64,000 bases of DNA from Candidatus Kapaibacterium sp. (GTDB lineage: Bacteria; Bacteroidota; Ignavibacteria; Palsa-1295). Below, one piece after another: positions 25,883 to 32,985 of this stretch (positions are counted from its first letter, which is position 1; each line of letters starts with the position of its first letter). The stretch is from the NCBI GenBank assembly GCA_038322815.1, contig JBBQGG010000004.1:1953-65952 (forward strand), in the 5' to 3' direction. The notes beneath the pieces are model-generated. The model had not been told where the DNA came from. It was given only the letters and a program-made list of their open reading frames with translations, and did not search any database. Made by a program: the position numbers and the translations under genes.

Positions 25883-26773
25883 TTAAAAAAATCTTCTTAT
25901 CATTTCTGAAACAGGCAAATGATTGGTGAAGACAAGCAAAGTTTCATCAGAATCAATTTCGATTCCAGAGTGGAATACACCGATGAGTTCGCGATCGTGT
26001 TTATGAGTCAGGAAAGACTCAATACTTATGTGAGACAACAAAAACAGTCCCGATCCACTCATGCCGTGCATTGAAGGAAAAGTCATTTTTTCTCCTGTAT
26101 CCTTAACCAACTGACTTTTTCTGAAAGACATCACGTAATGAGTAGACGGAGAAATTCCTCTTATTTTATCGAATATGCCACCCTTTATCATTTGCTCAAG
26201 TTGGTTATCGTGAACGAGATTCGATCTGAATGAGTACGGTTTCGGCTTAACCTTACCTACGTATCCTCTATTGTGAGTAAATGGAAATCCCAAAAAACAA
26301 ACCATGAAATTATCGGCTTCAAATCTCGTATCTCGTTCTCTGTCGTACCCCAAGAACTGATGATCCGTAGTTTCAATTTTCTTAGCGGTATCCGAATTGA
26401 CTTCAATAACACAGATGTCGAATGGGTCATCAATATGCGGAGCATGTTTATCGGCACTAATTTGTGCCGGTGATTCAATCGGAGCTATTCCCTTGATCGA
26501 CGGGACGTAAAGTGTGCGCTTTTCTTTAATATGAATATCTTTAATTACGTGTCCGGCAGTCACGATAAACTTTCGTGATGAGGTCTCAATCAAATTTCCG
26601 CTTCCTACACAGACAGGAACATCCTTCTGGTTAGGTGCGTAAATTGGGATTACATAGTTTTGAAGTTGAGCAGTTCGCTCGGATAAGATTTCACTGTATG
26701 CTTCATACGTATCCTTAATCAACGAGACACTCCCAGTAACTTCAATCTTTTCTTCATTCGCTAATGTCTGCAT
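25883..26773 (-). CDS. trypsin-like (S1/Trypsin_2) serine peptidase without signal peptide
   Basis: Catalytic triad candidates in the canonical order: FIVTAGHV (His), DICVIEV (Asp), HGMSGSGLF (Ser). 296 aa with no hydrophobic N-terminus. Confidence 0.7.
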   Translation of the reverse strand: MQTLANEEKIEVTGSVSLIKDTYEAYSEILSERTAQLQNYVIPIYAPNQKDVPVCVGSGNLIETSSRKFIVTAGHVIKDIHIKEKRTLYVPSIKGIAPIESPAQISADKHAPHIDDPFDICVIEVNSDTAKKIETTDHQFLGYDRERDTRFEADNFMVCFLGFPFTHNRGYVGKVKPKPYSFRSNLVHDNQLEQMIKGGIFDKIRGISPSTHYVMSFRKSQLVKDTGEKMTFPSMHGMSGSGLFLLSHISIESFLTHKHDRELIGVFHSGIEIDSDETLLVFTNHLPVSEMIRRFF

Positions 26774-26847
26774 AGCCTATTAAAAAAAATCTCCGTCTAC
26801 TTCGTTCCTTGAGAACTTTGGCTTTCCCCTGATGCAGCGAACTGCGA

Positions 26848-26986
26848 CATTTCGGTGCATTTCCCTCAGTCATGATGTTTTATACGCACGAGAGCCTATA
26901 GAAGCCGGTGCATCGTTCTGCTTATTTTTCTTGTCCTTGCGCCGTGGGCAGTCGTTTGTTTTTAGTCGTTAGTCTTTAGCAGAAGG
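26848..26986. repeat. about 135-bp direct repeat, copy 1 (ends in GTTAGT-type units)
   Basis: ...CATGATGTTTTATACGCACGAGAGCCTATAGAAGCCGGTGCATCGTTCTGCTTATTTTTCTTGTCCTTGCGCCGTGGGCAGTCGTTTGTTTTTAGTCGTTAGTCTTTAGCAGAAGG. Confidence 0.8.
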
Positions 26987-27004
26987 TCGCACATGGGGCA
27001 TCCA

Positions 27005-27238
27005 TCAGAGATTATCGCCGAGTGTACCGGAAAAATCATTCTCAATCTCTTCGATATCCTGCAGGTACAGAGGATCGTTTGCTGCCTTAGCGATAAGGGC
27101 AAGTTTTTCAGCGCGGGTTTTCTCCCCTTTTTTCGAATAAATATAAACCTCTACCTCTTCGCCGTTCGGAACGTCAGGGACGTTCAGGCGCACAATATGA
27201 TCTTGCGGAACAGTTATCGTTTGATGCAATTGTAGCAT
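27005..27238 (-). CDS. orphan antitoxin-like protein (77 aa)
   Basis: MLQLHQTITVPQDHIVRLNVPDVPNGEEVEVYIY...AANDPLYLQDIEEIENDF. The beta-rich N-terminus and acidic C-terminal tail resemble MazE/VapB-style antitoxins. No adjacent toxin ORF. Confidence 0.5.
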   Translation of the reverse strand: MLQLHQTITVPQDHIVRLNVPDVPNGEEVEVYIYSKKGEKTRAEKLALIAKAANDPLYLQDIEEIENDFSGTLGDNL

Positions 27239-27269
27239 AGATAATCCAACTATCATTCACCTGCCAAAG

Positions 27270-27404
27270 TTTCATCTCGGAGCATTTCCACCAAGCATGA
27301 TGTTTTATGCGCATGAGAGCCTTTAGAAGCTGGTGCGTCGTTCTGCTTATTTTTCTTGTCCTTGCGCCGTGGGCAGTCGTTAGTTTTTAGTCGTTAGCAG
27401 AAGG
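27270..27404. repeat. about 135-bp direct repeat, copy 2
   Basis: ...CATGATGTTTTATGCGCATGAGAGCCTTTAGAAGCTGGTGCGTCGTTCTGCTTATTTTTCTTGTCCTTGCGCCGTGGGCAGTCGTTAGTTTTTAGTCGTTAGCAGAAGG. Confidence 0.8.
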
Positions 27405-27486
27405 GGAGAACCAAAAGCAAAATAATGATCAGCCATGATGAAGCGAAGAAGTATTATAAACCGTGTTTGGTTTGTAAGCCGGATAG

Positions 27487-27560
27487 CTTGGGCAGTCGTT
27501 AGTTGTTAGTCGTTAGTTGTTAGTCGTTAGTTGTTAGTCGTTAGTCGTTAGCAGAAGTCG
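27487..27560. repeat. tandem 14-bp repeat (GTTAGTTGTTAGTC) x about 3.5, ending in TAGTCGTTAGCAGAAG
   Basis: CTTGGGCAGTCGTTAGTTGTTAGTCGTTAGTTGTTAGTCGTTAGTTGTTAGTCGTTAGTCGTTAGCAGAAGTCG. Confidence 0.85.
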
Positions 27561-27571
27561 GGGTGCTGTAA

Positions 27572-27814
27572 TCAGCCGAATAATTTCTCTATTAGTTCTT
27601 TTCTGGTAATCTTGAGATGGTCTGCAACGTCGCTGAGTATTCCCATGAGTGTGCCGAGTTTGAGAGGGTCATGCAGTGGGACGGCGATATGATGCTCGTT
27701 CTCGTGCTTTGCCGTTAAATAGACATGGCTTCCTTTTTGGCGGGTCGATATTATAGCCTAATTGTGAAGCACTTTAATGAGTTCTTTGCCGGAAATATCG
27801 CGCGGCGCTTTCAT
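27572..27814 (-). pseudogene. hicA: hicA toxin gene with an in-frame amber codon at codon 19
   Basis: Hand translation MKAPRDISGKELIKVLHN*AIISTRQKGSHVYLTAKHENEHHIAVPLHDPLKLGTLMGILSDVADHLKITRKELIEKLFG*. TAG at 27758-27760. The ATG overlaps the hicB stop (ATGA). Confidence 0.7.
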
Positions 27815-28017
27815 GCAGCGAGGACTTCTTCGCGGACAAAATGCAGGCGAATGATCTTCGGAGCGGCATTGTCACCATAAAAAACATCCACAGCTTCGCG
27901 GACGTTAATGCGTAATTCTTCTTCAGAATCAGACTGTGTAAAGATAGATACACCGAGTGCCTTGGCAGTATATCCGCCTTCGATAGCATCTTCAACGAGG
28001 AAAATTATTTCATTCAT
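27811..28017 (-). CDS. hicB: HicB-family antitoxin
   Basis: MNEIIFLVEDAIEGGYTAKALGVSIFTQSDSEEELRINVREAV...IIRLHFVREEVL is the short HicB-like fold. Upstream of hicA and coupled to it. Confidence 0.75.
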   Translation of the reverse strand: MNEIIFLVEDAIEGGYTAKALGVSIFTQSDSEEELRINVREAVDVFYGDNAAPKIIRLHFVREEVLAA

Positions 28018-28038
28018 GTTCTAAAAAACAAACTATTG

Positions 28039-28116
28039 TTATGATGGTTCACCGGACAGCCGCTCATCAAGGAGCATCACTTCGTCAAGAACTGAATCTA
28101 ATGTTATAGTATGCAT
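28039..28116 (-). pseudogene. truncated paralogue (first ~17 codons) of the 23746-24030 gene
   Basis: MHTITLDSVLDEVMLLDERLSGEPS* compared with MHTVTLDSVLDKVMLLESEQRD... The DNA is about 85 percent identical over the first ~50 nt. Confidence 0.65.
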
Positions 28117-28164
28117 ATACAAAAGAACAATCTGTAAGAAGAAAAAATCCATCCCATTGCTCCG

Positions 28165-28203
28165 CCCTCACCCCTGCCCCTCTTCAGGAGTATCGGGCGA
28201 GGG
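28165..28203. repeat. solo hairpin related to the arms of the intragenic 99-bp elements
   Basis: CCCTCACCCCTGCCCCTCTTCAGGAGTATCGGGCGAGGG. Compare CCCAACCCCTCCTTGAAAAG in 28824-28921. Confidence 0.4.
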
Positions 28204-28294
28204 ATTCTATAAAAATGTTTAATATTCTGAAAGTGAATTTTTGTTGCGTGCAAATTCCTCGCTCATAATTATTGTAAAGTGTTTGTAACTACCT

Positions 28295-29473
28295 TTAGGC
28301 TTCCTGCAAAGCAAGCAATTTTATTGCTGAATTATAGACCATATCAACTTCAATATTCCTCATGCACAAAAAATGCTCTTCCGGGCTGCGATAGCAGGTC
28401 AGCGGTTTCGGTGAGTAATAAAAACATGGGCGGCATTCGATACCGGTGTGGACGATCTCGTATTTTGTTTTCCAGGGATGGACGTATGTTTCGTTCGTTG
28501 GACCGAAGATGGCTACCGTCGGCAGATCGAGCGCTCCGGCAATATGCATCAGCGCCGAATCATTGGAAACGAAAAGCGACATCTTTTTCATGATAGCTAC
28601 AGAGTCCATAATAGACTTCGTCTTTACTTCTATAATATCATCACCGCATAGCTGCATGATGATCTCATTCGGTTGGGTATCATCGGGCCCGCCGAAGAGA
28701 AAAATTGTTGCGCCGAGTTCATGTTTTAATTTTTTTGCAAGCTCTGCAAATTTCTCAGGTGCCCAACGGCGGCGGATGTGGTTTTTGAAAAGAGCTGTGC
28801 CGGCATGAAAACCGATGAGTAGCTCCCCAGCCTTTTCAAGGCGGGGGCTGGGGGGTGGTTGATTCAGATTCTTCTGTAACTCCGGATCAACCACCCCAAC
28901 CCCTCCTTGAAAAGTAGGGGCTTTTAGTGTCATCCATTCTTCACCAAAGATGATATGCTCAGGCAGCAAATGCAATTCGAGATTCGGAAGAGATTCTTCT
29001 TGAAGTTCAGGCTCGATTCCAAGCGCGGAAAGAAGTCTGACATTTTCTTCAACACAATGGTAAGAATCATCTTCTAAAATACGATCAGTATTGAGCCAAT
29101 TCAAATTCCGCCAATTACGATGGCCATAGTGAATTCCGATCCTTTTTTTTGCTGCGAGAAGATAGGAAAATAAATTATATTCACGCCTGTTTTCAGGATA
29201 AATATTTATGGATATATCAAAGGAAAGTTTGCGAAGATGTAAGAGATAAAGAAAACCTTCGAATTTATTTGTATTTATAAAATCAAAATAATGAATATGA
29301 TCGAGATTCGGATTTGTCAGAAATAACTCGCGCGTTGCTGCAAACATCACCAGCGCATGGATCTCCGCATCAGGTTTTGCCCTGCGTAAAAGAGCAAGCA
29401 TCGGAGTGGACATCAGCGCATCGCCGAGACCAGGAAGCGCGATGATGAGAATTTTTTCTTTATGTATGCTCAC
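28295..29473 (-). CDS. glycosyltransferase family 9 (heptosyltransferase-like)
   Basis: ILIIALPGLGDALMSTPML and FVSNDSALMHIAGALDLPTVAIFGPT. GTG start overlaps the YfhO stop (GTGA). Carries a 33-codon repeat-derived insert. Confidence 0.8.
   Translation of the reverse strand: MSIHKEKILIIALPGLGDALMSTPMLALLRRAKPDAEIHALVMFAATRELFLTNPNLDHIHYFDFINTNKFEGFLYLLHLRKLSFDISINIYPENRREYNLFSYLLAAKKRIGIHYGHRNWRNLNWLNTDRILEDDSYHCVEENVRLLSALGIEPELQEESLPNLELHLLPEHIIFGEEWMTLKAPTFQGGVGVVDPELQKNLNQPPPSPRLEKAGELLIGFHAGTALFKNHIRRRWAPEKFAELAKKLKHELGATIFLFGGPDDTQPNEIIMQLCGDDIIEVKTKSIMDSVAIMKKMSLFVSNDSALMHIAGALDLPTVAIFGPTNETYVHPWKTKYEIVHTGIECRPCFYYSPKPLTCYRSPEEHFLCMRNIEVDMVYNSAIKLLALQEA
28824..28921. repeat. 99-bp palindromic element inserted in frame in the GT9 gene
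   Basis: CCCCAGCCTTTTCAAGGCGGGGGCTGGGGGGTGGTTGAT...ATCAACCACCCCAACCCCTCCTTGAAAAGTAGGGGC. Encodes APTFQGGVGVVDPELQKNLNQPPPSPRLEKAGE. Confidence 0.8.
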
Positions 29474-31848
29474 GATTTTTTCTTAGCGAAAGCAAATACG
29501 CCAAGCGCTGCTATTGATATTCCAAGTGTAGCAATTGTTACCATCGAACCTGTTTTGAAGGCATCCGATTCATATTTCATAATGATCGTATGATCCCCTT
29601 TCGGTACTTCAACAGCTCGAAGCGATGTGAATGCCCGATAGAGCTTCGTTTCCTTTCCATCTATATATGCATGCCATGCAGGGTAATACACTTCAGAGAA
29701 AAAGAGCATTCCATTTTCTTTCGTCGAAACTTTCGCTTCGATCTCATTTTCTTCAAAGCGGGTCACATGAGCCTCCTGCTCCCCCGCGTTTTCAAGGCGG
29801 AGCCTGGGGGGTGGTTGATGCTGATTTGTGTGCAATATGGAATCAACTACCACATCCCCTCCTTGAAAAGGAGGGGCTATCGCAATACTCGGTTTTTCTT
29901 CAAGCAAAATAATATTTCTATAGTCAAAAGCCGAATCTGTTCGTAATATTTTTTTTGCTTCTTCATCAGGATGAATTGAAGTTTTATAATACATTTTTAC
30001 ACGAGGCAAATACGAAGCTCTTTCAACAAACCCTGCGCTTCCACCTTTTTCTTCGACAGTCCATTTGATGTTTAGCAAGTCAGCAGTTATATCAGGATTC
30101 ACACATTCCGGTGAACTCCGAGCAAGGACTAGCGGATTGTATCCTTCAAGCAATTGTATTCTATCGTATGCGCCGTCATTTCGTTTCAGTAGCATTGCAT
30201 GTTGAGACCTGATTCTTGCGCGCGATAATTCTTTAGTCTGGTCTTGCTTGATCTGCGCAACAAGCTGCGGCTGCTCGGAATATGCAGCGCGCGGATCTTC
30301 CTTCGATGCATTAAGCCCCATTCCGTAATTAAATAATTCAATAATGGTCAGAGCGATCGCGCCAAGAGCGAGCGGCATTCCCACTACCTTTTTTTGTATG
30401 AGAATAAACCCGATCACAAGCATACTTAGTACCGGCAATGCGGCAAGCCCTGCTGCCCATGAGATAGACTGCCCCATCTCCGGTGTTGCGCCTGCCATAA
30501 ATGATTGCGGCGTGAACATCCCGGCAAGTGCAGCGATCCAGATGAATCCGAAAACTCCCATGCATCCATAAATTATTTTTCGAGTTCGATCAGGTAATTC
30601 TCTTCTGATCGCCTGCGATAATCCAACTCCGGAAAGCGCGCTCATTGCAAAAGTAAATACCATCATCATTCTCGCAGGGGTACGAAGTTTACTAAAGAGC
30701 GGAAGCTGGAAAAATATTTTATAAAGGAAGAAATGATCGCCCAGCGAAAAGAGTACGGCGAATAAACTCATCCCTGCAAAAAAAGCAATATATTTTTTCT
30801 TGCCGCCGAATACTGCGACAATTGCAAAGAGAAGCGGAAGAACTCCGATATAGCACATCGTCTCCCAAGATAAATAATAAGGTCCATTCCAATATTGCAC
30901 TTTCGCTTCGCGCAGTGCATCAGTCACTCCAAAGAGTCGCGGCAGAATAAGCGTTGCAAGATGCCCAAAACTCAGAGAACCTTCAACAGATTTTTCAAAT
31001 GTGATCACATCGCGGCGTGAAAGAGCAGCAAGCTCTTGCGATGGAAGAAGCTGAATTGCAAAAAGTCCGACAGCAATTATTGCAGGCACTGCCATTCGCA
31101 AAAATACCATTGCCGAAAATGCTTCCGCATCTTTATTTCGGATGCGATACACAATTTCATACACTGCAAGCAGACCAAGAAAGAATGTGAGATAGAGCGA
31201 TGTCTGCGGATGACCGGCAAGATACATTGCACCGAGAACAAGACCAGCTCCGATCGAATGCTTCCACGAATCGCAACCTTTCAAAAATAACAAGACGACG
31301 AACGGAAAAAGCGCAAGCTGATAGACGATCATTTGATGCATCGGCTGTGCCGTCAGGTAGCCGCTAAAAGCATAAACTATTGCGGCGAAAAGTGCTGACC
31401 AGTCATCGATCTTGAAAATTTGCTTCACCAGATAAAACATTCCTGCCGCCGCAACAAAATAATGAAGAATGATAAACCATTGCATGACCACAGGAGAAAG
31501 ATGGCCATCGGATACAAAAAACGATTGCACCATATTTATAGGATACCAGAACGCAACCTGAATATCGGCGATAAAAGGCATACCCGAAAAAACATACGGA
31601 TTCCATTGCGGAATATGCCCTGCGGCAAGACTTGAAGCGGCAAGGGTACGGAATGGAAATTCTTGCTCGACGAAATCCTCCCATAAAAATTTTCCGCCAA
31701 ATAGGATCGGATAATAAAAGATAAGCACCAGCCCAAGTAATATGCCAAGCGCGGCAAGCGGCGCTATCTTTGCAAGTGTAATAGGAGCAGAAGACTTCCG
31801 CGATGTCTCAGTAACTTTCGTTTTTATGGTTACAGTTTGTTTTGCCAT
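29470..31848 (-). CDS. YfhO-family polytopic membrane glycosyltransferase (GT-C like)
   Basis: 792 aa with more than 12 predicted TM helices. C-terminus FFSEVYYPAWHAYIDGKETKLYRAFTSLRAVEVPKGDHTIIMKYES is typical of YfhO. Carries a 33-codon repeat-derived insert. Confidence 0.75.
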   Translation of the reverse strand: MAKQTVTIKTKVTETSRKSSAPITLAKIAPLAALGILLGLVLIFYYPILFGGKFLWEDFVEQEFPFRTLAASSLAAGHIPQWNPYVFSGMPFIADIQVAFWYPINMVQSFFVSDGHLSPVVMQWFIILHYFVAAAGMFYLVKQIFKIDDWSALFAAIVYAFSGYLTAQPMHQMIVYQLALFPFVVLLFLKGCDSWKHSIGAGLVLGAMYLAGHPQTSLYLTFFLGLLAVYEIVYRIRNKDAEAFSAMVFLRMAVPAIIAVGLFAIQLLPSQELAALSRRDVITFEKSVEGSLSFGHLATLILPRLFGVTDALREAKVQYWNGPYYLSWETMCYIGVLPLLFAIVAVFGGKKKYIAFFAGMSLFAVLFSLGDHFFLYKIFFQLPLFSKLRTPARMMMVFTFAMSALSGVGLSQAIRRELPDRTRKIIYGCMGVFGFIWIAALAGMFTPQSFMAGATPEMGQSISWAAGLAALPVLSMLVIGFILIQKKVVGMPLALGAIALTIIELFNYGMGLNASKEDPRAAYSEQPQLVAQIKQDQTKELSRARIRSQHAMLLKRNDGAYDRIQLLEGYNPLVLARSSPECVNPDITADLLNIKWTVEEKGGSAGFVERASYLPRVKMYYKTSIHPDEEAKKILRTDSAFDYRNIILLEEKPSIAIAPPFQGGDVVVDSILHTNQHQPPPRLRLENAGEQEAHVTRFEENEIEAKVSTKENGMLFFSEVYYPAWHAYIDGKETKLYRAFTSLRAVEVPKGDHTIIMKYESDAFKTGSMVTIATLGISIAALGVFAFAKKKS
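29779..29877. repeat. 99-bp palindromic element inserted in frame in the YfhO gene
   Basis: CCCCCGCGTTTTCAAGGCGGAGCCTGGGGGGTGGTTGAT...ATCAACTACCACATCCCCTCCTTGAAAAGGAGGGGC. Encodes APPFQGGDVVVDSILHTNQHQPPPRLRLENAGE. Confidence 0.8.
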
Positions 31849-32024
31849 GAATATTAAACAAAATGAATTTAGGCAAAATTACGACATGGAAGTGGATTAA
31901 TTATGATAATGGGGTAATATTCTGTTGCTTGTTAAGCCCGAAGAATCAGTTCAGCTTGATCAAATTCAGTTGCGTATCTGGAGAACTTAAAACCGCTTGA
32001 ATATAAAGAACTAAGAATATTTAA

Positions 32025-32120
32025 AAGGCACCCATGTAAATTTTCGTTTTAAAAAAAATATTTGGCGAAAGGCACCTATGTTTTGGGGAATTCCAAAAAA
32101 AATCTTCGCTGGGCACCTTG
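32025..32120. promoter_or_regulatory. three direct GGCACC(C/T)(A/T)TG boxes spaced 44 and 41 bp apart
   Basis: AAGGCACCCATG (32025), AAGGCACCTATG (32069), GGGCACCTTG (32111). All lie in the 311-bp spacer upstream of the YfhO-GT9 unit. Confidence 0.2.
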
Positions 32121-32146
32121 ACAAAATGATTTTTATTCCGTATATT
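32118..32146 (+). promoter_or_regulatory. near-consensus sigma70-type promoter pointing antisense into the GT2 gene
   Basis: TTGACA-N17-TATATT read directly. Downstream on the plus strand there is only the antisense of the 32160-32909 gene. Confidence 0.2.
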
Positions 32147-32159
32147 TGTATTCGTTCGT

Positions 32160-32909
32160 TCATCCACCCCTATGCAGCTTCCTTATTCGTAACAACTCTA
32201 AAAACATTTGGGCTGAATCGCTTAAGGCACCAACGGTTGTGCGTTCGTCGTTATACCATTCGACGGCAACTTCTTTTACTTTATAGCCTGCTTTTTTTGC
32301 AAGGTAGAGTATCTCCACATCAAACGAGAATCCCATGACCTTCTGCGCCGTAAATAATTTTTCGGCTGCTTCACCGCGGAATCCCTTGAATCCGCATTGT
32401 GTATCTCTTATTCCACGGAGGACAAAAATTTGGACCAACATATTAAAAAACCTGCCCATCATCTCGCGGTAGATCGGCTGATGAACTTTCACAAGTGTTC
32501 TGCCTTCAAGCGCGCGGCTTCCGACGACGACGTCGTAGTGTTCCTTTTCTATCGCCTGAATAACTTTTTCAATTTCATGAATAGGAGTGGATAGATCGGC
32601 ATCGGTGAATATTCGGATCGCGCCTTTTGCCTCAAGCATTCCGGCTTGTACTGCAGCGCCTTTGCCTGCATTCGTGCCTAATTCGATGAGCCGTGTCTGG
32701 ATCGATGGATTACGACCACTTCCCACCGGATGAAGTGGTTTTGCAAATGCCGCACGTACTACTTCGACGGAATTATCGGGAGATCCGTCATCGACCACGA
32801 TGACTTCAGAATCATACGGAGCATTTGCAAGATAGAGAAATATTTTATCAAGCGAAGCCTCAATACGGCTCGCCTCTTTATAAGCAGGAATGATAAGCGA
32901 TAAGTACAT
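32160..32909 (-). CDS. GT2 polyprenyl-phosphate hexosyltransferase (dolichyl-phosphate glucosyl/mannosyltransferase-like, CsbB/GtrB type)
   Basis: LSLIIPAYKEASRI, VIVVDDGSPDNS, GKGAAVQAGM, FTDADLSTP. 249 aa with a soluble GT-A catalytic domain. Confidence 0.8.
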   Translation of the reverse strand: MYLSLIIPAYKEASRIEASLDKIFLYLANAPYDSEVIVVDDGSPDNSVEVVRAAFAKPLHPVGSGRNPSIQTRLIELGTNAGKGAAVQAGMLEAKGAIRIFTDADLSTPIHEIEKVIQAIEKEHYDVVVGSRALEGRTLVKVHQPIYREMMGRFFNMLVQIFVLRGIRDTQCGFKGFRGEAAEKLFTAQKVMGFSFDVEILYLAKKAGYKVKEVAVEWYNDERTTVGALSDSAQMFLELLRIRKLHRGG

Positions 32910-32985
32910 CAGAATTGAAAATGTAGAATTGAGAATTGAGAAGGAGAGTTTTTCTCAATTCTCAATTCACAATTCCCAATTCATT

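Noticed and set aside
27487-27560. Possible CRISPR array
   Set aside because: The unit is only 14 bp, the copies are directly adjacent without spacers, and there are no cas genes. It is a microsatellite-like tandem repeat.
27758-27760. Programmed stop-codon recoding in hicA
   Set aside because: Nothing in the local context supports recoding: there is no downstream structure and no second example in the window. A simple nonsense mutation or a sequencing error is more parsimonious.
32025-32125. Sigma-54 promoter at the GGCACC boxes
   Set aside because: The GG-N10-GC spacing of the -24/-12 elements is not met at any of the three boxes.
32078-32338. 86-aa plus-strand ORF downstream of the consensus-like promoter
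   Set aside because: It is antisense to the well-supported GT2 gene. The sequence (MFWGIPKKIFAGHLDKMIFIPYICIRSF...) has no family signature. I kept only the promoter-like motif, as a low-confidence observation.
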